A stretch of DNA of 64,000 bases from Candidatus Kaiserbacteria bacterium (GTDB taxonomy: Bacteria > Patescibacteriota > Minisyncoccia > Phycocordibacterales > Phycocordibacteraceae), in assembly GCA_016217905.1 (NCBI GenBank), contig JACRFL010000001.1:18287-82286 (forward strand), written 5' to 3'. The position numbers and the translations under genes are program-made. The notes beneath the pieces were generated by a model. The model saw nothing but the letters and a program-made list of their open reading frames with translations, was not told the DNA's origin and ran no database searches. Shown here piece by piece: positions 28,045 to 37,456 of the stretch. Each line of letters opens with the position of its first letter. Positions within the stretch are counted from its first letter, which is position 1.

Positions 28045-29004
28045 ATGACTGACGCGAAACCTGTCCTCATCTCCGGCGTGAAGCCGACCGGCGACCTGCA
28101 TATCGGCAACTACTTCGGCGCGATGCGTCAGCTGGTCGAACTCTCAAGGGGAGGGAAGTATCGCCCTTTCATCTTCGTCGCCGACTACCACGCGCTCAAC
28201 TCGATGCAGGATGCGCAGGAGATGCGGCGGCGCACGCGCGAACTCGTAACGGCGTACATATCCGTCGGCCTCGACCCGAAAGAAGTCGTTCTTTTCAAAC
28301 AATCGGATGTACCGGCGCACACCGAGCTCGCGTGGATATTCGACACCATCACCACGATGCCGTACCTGATGCGTGCGCACGCCTTCAAAGATGCCGAAGC
28401 AAAGAACAAGGAGATCAGCGTCGGCACGTTTAACTATCCGATGCTCATGGCGGCCGATATTCTCCTCTACGACGCCGCCGTGGTACCGGTCGGCGCTGAC
28501 CAGAAGCAGCATATCGAGATCGCTCGCGACACGGCAGAGAAGTTTAACCGTATTTTCAAGACGGACATTTTCAAGCTGCCCGAGTCATTCATCATGCCCG
28601 AGGTTGCGGTCGTCCCCGGCACCGACGGAGCGAAGATGAGCAAGAGTTACGGCAACGTCATCCCGCTCTTCGCGCCGCGCGACGAGCTCGCGAAAGCGGT
28701 GATGAGCATTGTTACCGACTCCAGCGGAGAGCGGCCCGAAAATGTCTACCAGATACACAGATTAGTGCGCAGTACGCAGGAGCTGGAGCAGGTCTATGCG
28801 GAACACAAAGGCAACTATAAAATGCTAAAGGAAATGCTCATCGAAGATCTCAACCGCTACCTCGCGCCCATGCGGGCGAAATATGAAGAGCTTGCAAGTG
28901 ATTTGGGAATCGTCGACGAAGTACTCGCGAGAGGGAAGCGAGAAGCTCGCGCGATAAGCGAGGAGAAGATGGAGCAGGTGCGCCGCGCGATCGGCGTGGC
29001 ATAA
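28045..29004 (+). CDS. trpS: tryptophanyl-tRNA synthetase
   Basis: SGVKPTGDLHIGNYFGA (TIGN-type HIGH). KMSKS exact. Confidence 0.9.
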   Translation: MTDAKPVLISGVKPTGDLHIGNYFGAMRQLVELSRGGKYRPFIFVADYHALNSMQDAQEMRRRTRELVTAYISVGLDPKEVVLFKQSDVPAHTELAWIFDTITTMPYLMRAHAFKDAEAKNKEISVGTFNYPMLMAADILLYDAAVVPVGADQKQHIEIARDTAEKFNRIFKTDIFKLPESFIMPEVAVVPGTDGAKMSKSYGNVIPLFAPRDELAKAVMSIVTDSSGERPENVYQIHRLVRSTQELEQVYAEHKGNYKMLKEMLIEDLNRYLAPMRAKYEELASDLGIVDEVLARGKREARAISEEKMEQVRRAIGVA

Positions 29005-29012
29005 TAAATTTT

Positions 29013-30401
29013 ATGGAACGGACGCTCATCGGAGAGCTCGAGAAACACGTCGGTAAAACAGTCTCGATATCGGGCTGGGTGGATGTCCGCCGCGACCAAG
29101 GAAAGATGGTCTTTTTTGATTTCCGCGACCGCTCCGGCAAGGTGCAGGGCGTCGTGCTCCCTGCGAGTCCCGCGATGGAAATTGCGAAGGACATCAGGAA
29201 CGAATACGTTGTCCGCGTGGAGGGCGTGGTGAACAAGCGTCCGGAGAAAAACGTGCAAGCCGATCGGCAAAACGGCGATATCGAACTTGAAGTCGCTGCG
29301 ATCGAAGTTTTGAACCCGTCAGACGCAATGCCGTTCGATATTTCTGGCGACACGAGCGGCATCGACGAGTCTGTGCGCGCCGAGTACCGTTACCTTGATC
29401 TGCGTTCAAAGCGAATGCAGAAGAACATGCGCGTGCGGAGCGAATTCATCCGCCGCTGTCGCGAATACCTTTTCGCGCACGATTTTACCGAGATAGAGAC
29501 GCCGCTCCTCACCGAATCGACGCCCGAGGGCTCGCGCGACTTCGTCGTGCCCTCGCGCCTTAATCCTGGCAAGTTTTATGCGCTCCCGCAATCGCCACAA
29601 CAATATAAACAGCTCTTGATGACCGCCGGCTTCGAGCGGTACTTTCAGATAGCTCGTGCGGTGCGCGACGAAGATTTGCGCGCAGACCGCGGGTTCGAGC
29701 ACACACAGGTTGATATCGAGATGTCATTTGTCACGATGGAGAACGTGATGGCGGCCGTCGAAGACATGGTGACGACCGTCGTCGAGGCGATGGGGCACAC
29801 GATCAAAGAGAAGCCGTTCCCGCGCATCTCCTACAAAGACGCGATGGAGAAATACGGCGCCGACAAGTTCGACCTGCGCACTGACGAAGATAAAGAAAAA
29901 GGCATTCTTGCGTACGCTTGGGTCGTGAATTTCCCATTTTTTGAAAAGACGGAGGAAGGCGGGTGGACGTTTACGCATAATCCGTTTTCGATGCCGATCC
30001 CCGAGCATCTTGACTGGCTCATGAAGGGCGAGCGCATCGGCGAGATACTCACGACGCAGTACGATCTCGTCTGCAACGGCTTCGAGTCGGGCGGCGGCTC
30101 CATCCGCGCACACAAGCCGGAGATACTCGAGGCGGTGTACAGGGTCATGGGATTCTCGGCCGAAGAGCTTGAAGACCGCATCGGACACATGCTGAAAGCA
30201 TTTCGCTACGGCACGCCGCCGCACGGCGGCATCGCGCTCGGCGTCGAGCGCAACCTCATGAATCTCACTGGCGAGACGATGCTCCGCGAGGTGCAAGCAT
30301 TCCCGATGACGCGCGGCGGGCAGACGGCCGTGAAGAAAGCACCGAAACCCCTTTCTCCGAAACAGCTCCAAGAACTCGGTCTCAAGATTGATGGGAAATA
30401 A
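29013..30401 (+). CDS. aspS: aspartyl-tRNA synthetase, bacterial type, lacking the GAD insertion domain
   Basis: Bacterial motifs QSPQQYKQLLM, RDEDLRADRGFEHTQVDIEMSF, GGGSIR. Only 462 aa versus ~590 for canonical bacterial AspRS. Confidence 0.85.
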   Translation: MERTLIGELEKHVGKTVSISGWVDVRRDQGKMVFFDFRDRSGKVQGVVLPASPAMEIAKDIRNEYVVRVEGVVNKRPEKNVQADRQNGDIELEVAAIEVLNPSDAMPFDISGDTSGIDESVRAEYRYLDLRSKRMQKNMRVRSEFIRRCREYLFAHDFTEIETPLLTESTPEGSRDFVVPSRLNPGKFYALPQSPQQYKQLLMTAGFERYFQIARAVRDEDLRADRGFEHTQVDIEMSFVTMENVMAAVEDMVTTVVEAMGHTIKEKPFPRISYKDAMEKYGADKFDLRTDEDKEKGILAYAWVVNFPFFEKTEEGGWTFTHNPFSMPIPEHLDWLMKGERIGEILTTQYDLVCNGFESGGGSIRAHKPEILEAVYRVMGFSAEELEDRIGHMLKAFRYGTPPHGGIALGVERNLMNLTGETMLREVQAFPMTRGGQTAVKKAPKPLSPKQLQELGLKIDGK

Positions 30402-30405
30402 TCCG

Positions 30406-31830
30406 ATGAAGATCATTTCGAAACAAGGAACTCTCGAGAACGCCCCGAAGGAGTGTGTCCGCATCAGCTTTACCGAAAAACCCAAAGAGACGAAGCGTCT
30501 CGTGAGGGAACGGAGCGCAGAAACGCTCGAGCTTGGCGTGGGGAAATTTGCAGAATTGAACCGACGAAAGTTTATGATCCTCTGTCGCTCAATAATCCAA
30601 GCTGCGAAGGCGAACAAATGCAAGAAAATCGCGCTCCAGTTCAACCATACTCCCGGGTTGTTCAGGAACCTTAAGGGGAGCACGCGCGAAGAGCTCGCTC
30701 AGCTCACGGCGGAAAATTTCGAGATGGCGAACTTCGATTTCACTATGTTCAAAACGAAGCCGAAAGAAGGTTTCGATGCCGTTGAAGAAATATATGTATA
30801 CGGGAAATCTTCGCCCTCAATTGAAAAAGCCGTGCAGAAAGGTCAGGAGATCGGTCGAGCGGTGAACGCGTGTCGCACGCTCGCGAATACGCCCGGAGGC
30901 GACATGACGCCGACCGTGCTCGCGAGGGCCGCGAAAGACGCGATGAAAGGCCTGCCGGTTAAGGTGACCACGCTTGGCGCCAAAGATATGAAGAAACTCG
31001 GTATGGGCGCGCTCCTGGGTGTCGCGAAGGGTTCGACCGAGGCGCCGACCTTCACTGTTCTCGAATACAAGGGCGGCAAAAGCGCTCCCATCGTGCTCGC
31101 GGGGAAGGGGGTCACCTTTGACAGCGGCGGGTTGAATTTGAAGCCCTCGAACAGCATTTATGAAATGCATATGGATATGTCGGGGGCGGCGGCGGTCATC
31201 CACGCCGTCGCGCTTGCCGCGCGCTTGAAACTCAAGCAATCGGTCGTTGGCCTCATTCCCGCAGTCGAAAATATGCCCGGCAATAATGCGGTTCGACCCG
31301 GCGATATCCTGAAATCTCTCTCCGGGAAGACAATCGAGGTGCTCGATACCGATGCAGAGGGCCGGCTCATCCTCGCGGACGCGCTCACGTACGCAAAACG
31401 CTTCAAGCCCTCGGTCGTCATCGATGTCGCGACGCTGACCGGTGCGGCGATCTCTGCGCTCGGTCTCCACGCGAGCGCCGTTCTCACGCGCGATGACGTG
31501 CTCGCCGAAAAAATCTCAGAGAGCGGAGAAGCGTCCGGCGATTATGTCTGGCGACTGCCGCTCTGGGACGAATACGAGGAACGGGTGAAAGGCACCTTTG
31601 CCGACTTGAAGAACGTGCCGGGCGGGAGCACAAGTCGCTATGGAGGTACGATTGACGGGGGAATGTTCCTCTGGCAATTTGCCAAGGAGCTCGACTGCCC
31701 GTGGGCGCATCTCGACATAGCTCCAAGAATGACCGCTGCTAAAGGGGATGAACTTGCCGAGGGAGCGGCCGGAGAGCCGGTGCGGCTGTTGATACACTTT
31801 ATAGAACATGCCCTTTACCATAAAAACTGA
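30406..31830 (+). CDS. pepA: leucyl aminopeptidase (M17 family)
   Basis: NTDAEGRLILADAL. VIDVATLTGA. An alternative ATG at 30391 overlaps the aspS stop. Confidence 0.85.
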   Translation: MKIISKQGTLENAPKECVRISFTEKPKETKRLVRERSAETLELGVGKFAELNRRKFMILCRSIIQAAKANKCKKIALQFNHTPGLFRNLKGSTREELAQLTAENFEMANFDFTMFKTKPKEGFDAVEEIYVYGKSSPSIEKAVQKGQEIGRAVNACRTLANTPGGDMTPTVLARAAKDAMKGLPVKVTTLGAKDMKKLGMGALLGVAKGSTEAPTFTVLEYKGGKSAPIVLAGKGVTFDSGGLNLKPSNSIYEMHMDMSGAAAVIHAVALAARLKLKQSVVGLIPAVENMPGNNAVRPGDILKSLSGKTIEVLDTDAEGRLILADALTYAKRFKPSVVIDVATLTGAAISALGLHASAVLTRDDVLAEKISESGEASGDYVWRLPLWDEYEERVKGTFADLKNVPGGSTSRYGGTIDGGMFLWQFAKELDCPWAHLDIAPRMTAAKGDELAEGAAGEPVRLLIHFIEHALYHKN

Positions 31831-32530
31831 TTCGTACGAAGGACCATTTGAGATATTGCTCGACCTCATCGAGGCACGCAAGCTCTTGGTGAACGATCTC
31901 GCGCTCTCGAGCATCACCGAAGACTTTATCGCGCATGTGCGCTCGCAGGAGACATTCCCGGTCGAAGAGACCGCGAGCTTCATTCAGATCGCGGCGACGC
32001 TCCTTCTCATCAAATCGAAGTCGCTTATCCCCGATCTCGCGCTCTCCGAAGAGGAGAATGCGGATGTCGAAGACTTGAAGCGTCGTCTCGAGGCCTATGA
32101 GAGGGTGCGCGAGGCCGCGCGCGAGCTCGCGTGCATCTACGGACGCTCCGTCATGGCACGCGCCGGCGAAAGGCCGCTTGAGGTCGTCTTCGCGCCGTCC
32201 CGTGACCTCTCGGCGAATGCGCTTGCAGAAGCTCTCGCACGGGTGCTCGCCGCGCGCGAGACGGTCGAGGAATTGCCGGAGGCGCGCGTGAAGCCGCTCG
32301 TTACCATCGAGGAAATGATGGACCGGCTTGCAAAGCGCGTGCAGAGCGCGATGACCATTTCCTTTAAGGATTTCGCCGGCAGCGCGAAGGAGAAGATCGA
32401 AATCATCGTCTCCTTCCTTGCGCTGCTTGAGCTCGTGCGGCAGGGCGCCGTCGCCGCCGAGCAGTACGAGGCGCACGGCGATATCCGCATCCGCCACGCC
32501 GCCGCTACCGCTGTCCCGCGATACGGTTAA
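31808..32530 (+). CDS. scpA: segregation and condensation protein A
   Basis: YEGPFEILLDLIEARKL start motif. Kleisin-like length. Followed by scpB. Confidence 0.85.
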   Translation: MPFTIKTDSYEGPFEILLDLIEARKLLVNDLALSSITEDFIAHVRSQETFPVEETASFIQIAATLLLIKSKSLIPDLALSEEENADVEDLKRRLEAYERVREAARELACIYGRSVMARAGERPLEVVFAPSRDLSANALAEALARVLAARETVEELPEARVKPLVTIEEMMDRLAKRVQSAMTISFKDFAGSAKEKIEIIVSFLALLELVRQGAVAAEQYEAHGDIRIRHAAATAVPRYG

Positions 32531-32548
32531 CATCCCCAAGAAAGATCG

Positions 32549-33139
32549 TTGCCCGGGAGGGGAAGCGCGATTATACTGACAGGAATGCTTACCCCGCCCG
32601 CCGCCCTCCATGCGCTCCTCTTCGCCTCCGGCGAGTCCCTTCAAAAAAAACGCATCGCAGCCCTTCTTGGGATGAAAGACGCCGAACTCGCGGCCGTCCT
32701 TTGCGCGCTTACTCGCGCGCTCGAAGGAAGCGGGGTCGCACTCATTGAGACGGATACCGAGGCGGAGCTGCGCAGCGTCCCCGAGGCGGCGGATCTCGTG
32801 AAGAAGCTGCGCGAGAGCGAGCTCGCGCGCGATCTTGGCAAAGCCAGTCTCGAGACGCTTGCGGTCGTCGCGTATCGGGCGGGAACGACGCGCGGCGAGA
32901 TCGACTGGGTGCGCGGCGTCAATTCCTCCGCCTCGCTTCGGACGCTTCTTTTGCGCGGCCTCGTCGAGGGGAGGGAAGACCCCCGCGACAAGCGCCGCAC
33001 CCGCTACGGTCTTACGACGGAGGCTCTCGCGCATTTGGGCATCGCCCGCGCGGAGGATCTTCCGCGGGCGAAGGAACTTCGTGCGGGCGCCGACGCGGCA
33101 GTGAAGGAAGAGGAAATGGCGGCGCAAGCCCCGGAGTAG
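32549..33139 (+). CDS. scpB: segregation and condensation protein B
   Basis: LLFASGESL. Tandem winged helices LETLAVVAYRAGTTRGEIDWVRGV. Start may be M at 32585. Confidence 0.85.
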   Translation: MPGRGSAIILTGMLTPPAALHALLFASGESLQKKRIAALLGMKDAELAAVLCALTRALEGSGVALIETDTEAELRSVPEAADLVKKLRESELARDLGKASLETLAVVAYRAGTTRGEIDWVRGVNSSASLRTLLLRGLVEGREDPRDKRRTRYGLTTEALAHLGIARAEDLPRAKELRAGADAAVKEEEMAAQAPE

Positions 33140-33152
33140 CGCGGAATATTCT

Positions 33153-34097
33153 ATGGATTCATACGAACTTCAGAAGCTCGCCCGGCACGCGCGCTCCGCG
33201 CGCGAAGCCGGCATGGCGCTTATCCTCGGCTCCGCTCTCCTCGCGGTCTTCCTTTTCGTTCCGCTCGGCGGCACGAAGGTACCGGCGCCCACCGCCGTCG
33301 CAACACCGACCGGACCGGACACGTTCGCGCAAATCCCGCTTCAGGCGAAAGCGGCTATTGTCTACGATCTCGACACGGGAGAAACGCTCTACGAGAAAAA
33401 CGCCGACGCGCAGCTCCCGCTCGCTTCGCTCACGAAGCTTCTCGCGGTGTACGCCGCGCTCGACGCGCTTCTCCCGGGTACGCCGGTCACCATCCGGGCG
33501 GGAGCGACGCAGCTTGAGGCGCCCCGGGCGTTCTCCGCAGGACAGACGTTTTCGTTTGTCGACCTTGCGCGCCTCACTCTCACCGCATCGTTGAACGACG
33601 GCGCGGCCGCCATCGTCGAAGCGGCCGCGGAGCGAGAAAATCGTTCCGGGACTGACATTCTCGCCGGCGCCGCCGCGGCGCTCTCCCTCTCGCAGACATA
33701 TGCGGTCAACGGGAGCGGTCTTGACGTGAGCACTGCGATCTCGGGAGGATATGGGAGCGCGCGCGACTTCGCCCGTCTCGCGGGAGCGCTCGTCAAGCGG
33801 GCGCCGATGATCGCGGAAGCGACCACGCAGCATTTCACCGAAGCCATTTCGACCGGCGGCACGCGTCTGAAGGTGAAGAACACGGATCCGATGGTCGACA
33901 CCATCCCGCGCCTTCTGCTCTCGAAGACCGGCTACACCGACCTGGCGGGCGGCAATCTCGCTCTCGTATTTGACAGCGGCATCGGGCACCCGATCGCCGT
34001 CGTCGTCCTCGGCTCTTCGGAGAAAGCCCGCTTCACGGACGGAACGGCGCTCGTCGCCGCCACGATCGCCCACTTCGCGGGTGTCGCTTCTCTCTAA
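33153..34097 (+). CDS. dacA: D-alanyl-D-alanine carboxypeptidase (S11, PBP5-like)
   Basis: SLTK (SxxK). SGS-like and KTG(Y)T motifs. N-terminal signal/TM. Confidence 0.75.
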   Translation: MDSYELQKLARHARSAREAGMALILGSALLAVFLFVPLGGTKVPAPTAVATPTGPDTFAQIPLQAKAAIVYDLDTGETLYEKNADAQLPLASLTKLLAVYAALDALLPGTPVTIRAGATQLEAPRAFSAGQTFSFVDLARLTLTASLNDGAAAIVEAAAERENRSGTDILAGAAAALSLSQTYAVNGSGLDVSTAISGGYGSARDFARLAGALVKRAPMIAEATTQHFTEAISTGGTRLKVKNTDPMVDTIPRLLLSKTGYTDLAGGNLALVFDSGIGHPIAVVVLGSSEKARFTDGTALVAATIAHFAGVASL

Positions 34098-34103
34098 ATT
34101 TCC

Positions 34104-35180
34104 ATGCTCGCCTCGAACATCATCAAGATCTTTATCCCGGCGATGGCATCGTTTGCGGCCGGCATTCTTTTCGCCCCCTTTCTCACGCACTACTTATACA
34201 AATATCGCGTCTGGAAGAAGGTGGCGGGGAAGACGGCGCTCGACGGCTCGACGGCCGTCGAGTTCGAAAAGCTCCGCATCGGCGTTCATGCCGGCACCGA
34301 GACGAAAACTCCACGCATGGGCGGCATCCTCATCTGGACGAGCGTCACGTTCGTCACGCTCGGATTCTGGCTCCTCGCGCGCCTCGTGCCCATTCCGCTT
34401 TTCGAAAAACTCGATTTCTTGAGCCGCAGCCAGACGTGGATACCGCTCTTTACCTTACTTGCCGGCGCTTTTATGGGCTTCGTGAACGATGTGCTCGACA
34501 TCCTTCCCTCGGGCGAACGCGGCGTCCGGCTCTCGACTCGCCTCCTCTTCGTCACGCTCGTGTCGCTCTTCATCGGCTGGTGGTTCTACGCGAAGCTCGG
34601 CGTCGATGCGATCGGCATCCCGGGAGACGGCACGTTCACTCTCGGCGCACTCATTGTGCCTCTTTTCGTCCTCGTTACGCTCGGGCTCTACGCGGGCGGC
34701 GTCATCGATGGCGTCGACGGGCTCGCGGGCGGCGTCTTCAGCACCGCGTTCATGGCGTACGCGGGCATCGCGTACGTCCAGAACCAGATCAACCTCGCGG
34801 CCTTCTCCGCGACCTTGGCGGGAGCGATACTCGCGTTTCTTTGGTTCAACATCCCGCCGGCGCGCTTCTGGATGACCGAGACCGGCACGATGGGCCTCAC
34901 GATGACGCTCGCCGTCATCGCGTTTCTGACCGATACGCTCGGAAACGGATTCGGCGTCGCAGCGCTCCCCCTGATCGCATTCCCGCTCGTCATCACCGTT
35001 CTCTCAAACGTCATCCAGATTGCGTCGAAAAAACTGCGCGGGAAGAAGGTATTCAGGATCGCGCCGCTCCATCATCACTTCGAAGCGATCGGCTGGCCCT
35101 CCTACAAGGTCACGATGCGCTATTGGATCATCTCGATCGTCTTCGCCATCGTCGGCATGACCGTCGCGCTCATCAAATGA
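34104..35180 (+). CDS. mraY: phospho-N-acetylmuramoyl-pentapeptide transferase
   Basis: Polytopic membrane protein. PRMGGILI. DDxxD-like motif. C-terminal HHHFE. Confidence 0.9.
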   Translation: MLASNIIKIFIPAMASFAAGILFAPFLTHYLYKYRVWKKVAGKTALDGSTAVEFEKLRIGVHAGTETKTPRMGGILIWTSVTFVTLGFWLLARLVPIPLFEKLDFLSRSQTWIPLFTLLAGAFMGFVNDVLDILPSGERGVRLSTRLLFVTLVSLFIGWWFYAKLGVDAIGIPGDGTFTLGALIVPLFVLVTLGLYAGGVIDGVDGLAGGVFSTAFMAYAGIAYVQNQINLAAFSATLAGAILAFLWFNIPPARFWMTETGTMGLTMTLAVIAFLTDTLGNGFGVAALPLIAFPLVITVLSNVIQIASKKLRGKKVFRIAPLHHHFEAIGWPSYKVTMRYWIISIVFAIVGMTVALIK

Positions 35181-36298
35181 CCATGAAAACCGTCTCCGGC
35201 GACCGCATGTTCTTCATGCTCGCGCTTTCGCTCTCCCTCGCTGGCCTCGCGATTTACTCCTCGGCCGCGCTCGGCCTTCTCGCGCGGGAAACGAGCTCGG
35301 TGTCGCGGGACATCCTGTTCCAGGCAGGGTTCGGACTCGGGTTCGGGCTCCTGGCGCTTTCCGCCGCTCGCGCCGCGCCGCTTGCCTACGTGAAGCGCTT
35401 CGCGCCGCTTGTGTATGTCCTCGCGATCCTTCTCACCGCCCTCGTCTTCGTGCCCGGAATCGGATTCCATTCCGGCGGCGCGACGCGCTGGCTCGATCTC
35501 GGCTTCACGACCGTGCAGCCGGCGGAATTCCTAAAGATCGGCGTAGTACTCGCGCTCGCCCGGTGGCTTGCGCCGCGCGCCCGGAAGCTGGGGAGCGTGA
35601 AGACGGGCCTCATTCCTTTCGTCGCGATTCTTGCGGCGCCTTCCGCCCTTCTGATCGCCCAGCCGAACACGTCGACGACGATCCTTCTTCTTGCCGCGGG
35701 CGCGCTCATGTACTTCGCCGCGGGCGCTCCGTGGCGTGACTTCGGCATTCTTGCGCTCGCCGCCGTCCTCCTCTTCGCCGCCGTCCTCCTCCTGCGACCC
35801 TACACGCTCGAGCGCGCCAAGACGTTCCTCAATCCGTCGGAAAACGCCCTCGGGAGCGGGTATCAGATCCAGCAATCCCTTCTCGCCGTCGGGTCCGGCG
35901 GCCTCCTCGGCAGAGGATTTGGGCAGGGCGTCGAGAAGTTCAATTATCTGCCGGAGCCGTCCGGCGACTCGGTCTTCGCCGTCTTCGCCGAAGAAACCGG
36001 CTTCGTCGGCGCCGCGCTCCTTCTTTCGCTCTTCGTTGCACTCGCGGCTCGCGGCATCGTGATAGCGGGGGACTCGCGCGACCTCTTCGGCGGTCTCGTT
36101 GCCCTCGGCTTCTCGGTCATCATCATCCTGCAGACGTTCATCAACATATGCGCGATGATCGGTATTATCCCGCTTACCGGGCTCCCGCTTCCGTTCATCT
36201 CCCACGGAGGAACCGCTCTCCTCTCTGTCCTCCTCATGTGCGGTTTTATTTTGAACGTCGCCGCCCATCGGCGAACGCAGGCCGGCGCGGTATACTAG
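35177..36298 (+). CDS. ftsW: SEDS-family peptidoglycan glycosyltransferase FtsW
   Basis: Start at the ATG overlapping the mraY stop (ATGA). 10-TM SEDS pattern. EPSGDSVFAV. Position between mraY and murG. Confidence 0.85.
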   Translation: MTMKTVSGDRMFFMLALSLSLAGLAIYSSAALGLLARETSSVSRDILFQAGFGLGFGLLALSAARAAPLAYVKRFAPLVYVLAILLTALVFVPGIGFHSGGATRWLDLGFTTVQPAEFLKIGVVLALARWLAPRARKLGSVKTGLIPFVAILAAPSALLIAQPNTSTTILLLAAGALMYFAAGAPWRDFGILALAAVLLFAAVLLLRPYTLERAKTFLNPSENALGSGYQIQQSLLAVGSGGLLGRGFGQGVEKFNYLPEPSGDSVFAVFAEETGFVGAALLLSLFVALAARGIVIAGDSRDLFGGLVALGFSVIIILQTFINICAMIGIIPLTGLPLPFISHGGTALLSVLLMCGFILNVAAHRRTQAGAVY

Positions 36299-36305
36299 TA
36301 CGCGT

Positions 36306-37448
36306 ATGACCATCGCGTTTACGGGAGGGGGGACCGGGGGACATTTTTATCCGATAATCGCCATCGCCGAAGCGCTCTCTGACCTCGTCCGCGAGGAGCG
36401 CCTTATCGCGCCCTCCCTGTACTATTTCGCGCCGAACGCATTCGATGAAAAAGCGCTGTTTGAGAACGGCATCGCCTTCGTGCGCGTGCCGGCGGGGAAG
36501 ATGCGTCGCTACGCATCGCTCCGGAACGTCATCGATCTGTTTGCCACGCTTTTCGGAACGCTCGTAGCGTCCGAAAAGCTCTTCCGCCTGTACCCGGACG
36601 TCGTGGTGAGCAAGGGTGGGTACGGCAGCGTGCCGACCGTGCTCGCGGCGCGCATACTCCGCATCCCCGTCATCATCCATGAATCGGATGCCAAGCCGGG
36701 TCGCGCGAATCTTCTCGCCGCGAGGTTTGCCGAGAAGATCGCCATTTCGTTCGAGAGTGCCGCGCGCTATTTCCCGGACCGCGTTCAAAGCAAGATCGCC
36801 CGCACGGGCATCCCGATCCGCAAGGCTCTCATGCGCACCGAAGCCGAGGGCGCGACACAGTACCTCGGGCTCGAGCGAGACGTCCCGACCGTGCTCATCC
36901 TCGGCGGCTCGCAGGGCGCCGCGCGGATAAATGATGTCGTGCTCTCCGCTCTTCCGGACCTCGTCTCCTTCGCGAACGTCATCCACCAGACCGGCCCGGC
37001 TCATTTCAAGAATGTGGAGGCGGTCGCACGCGTCGTGCTTGAGAGGAGCCCGCACGCTTCCCGCTATCACCCCATCAACTACCTTTCCGAAATAGCCCTT
37101 CAGAGAGCGGCCGGTGCGGCGAACATCGTCGTTTCGCGCGCAGGCGCGAACTCCATCGCCGAAATCGGCCTCTGGAAGAAACCGGCGATTATCATCCCCA
37201 TTCCCGAAGCGATAAGCCACGATCAGCGCACCAACGCCTACGCCTACGCCCGCACGGGGGCGGCGATCGTCATTGAGGAAGAGAATCTTACTCCGCATCT
37301 TCTCGCCTCCGAGACCAGGCGCATCATCGACGATCTGGAGCTCGGGAAACGCATGGCGGCGGGAGCCGCGGGCTTCACCGACCCGGACGCCGCGCGCATA
37401 CTCGCCCGCCAAGTGCTCGCCATCGCGCTCTCCCACGAATCCGGTTAA
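36306..37448 (+). CDS. murG: UDP-GlcNAc:undecaprenyl-PP-MurNAc-pentapeptide GlcNAc transferase
   Basis: GGGTGGHFYPIIAIAEAL. LILGGSQGA. GT28 family. Confidence 0.9.
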   Translation: MTIAFTGGGTGGHFYPIIAIAEALSDLVREERLIAPSLYYFAPNAFDEKALFENGIAFVRVPAGKMRRYASLRNVIDLFATLFGTLVASEKLFRLYPDVVVSKGGYGSVPTVLAARILRIPVIIHESDAKPGRANLLAARFAEKIAISFESAARYFPDRVQSKIARTGIPIRKALMRTEAEGATQYLGLERDVPTVLILGGSQGAARINDVVLSALPDLVSFANVIHQTGPAHFKNVEAVARVVLERSPHASRYHPINYLSEIALQRAAGAANIVVSRAGANSIAEIGLWKKPAIIIPIPEAISHDQRTNAYAYARTGAAIVIEEENLTPHLLASETRRIIDDLELGKRMAAGAAGFTDPDAARILARQVLAIALSHESG

Positions 37449-37456
37449 AGACTCTC

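Noticed and set aside
34436-35176. Long ORF 34436..36298 read as a single 620-aa protein.
   Set aside because: The N-terminal 247 aa are an out-of-frame read-through of mraY (Arg-rich nonsense). The SEDS FtsW sequence starts at the ATG overlapping the mraY stop.
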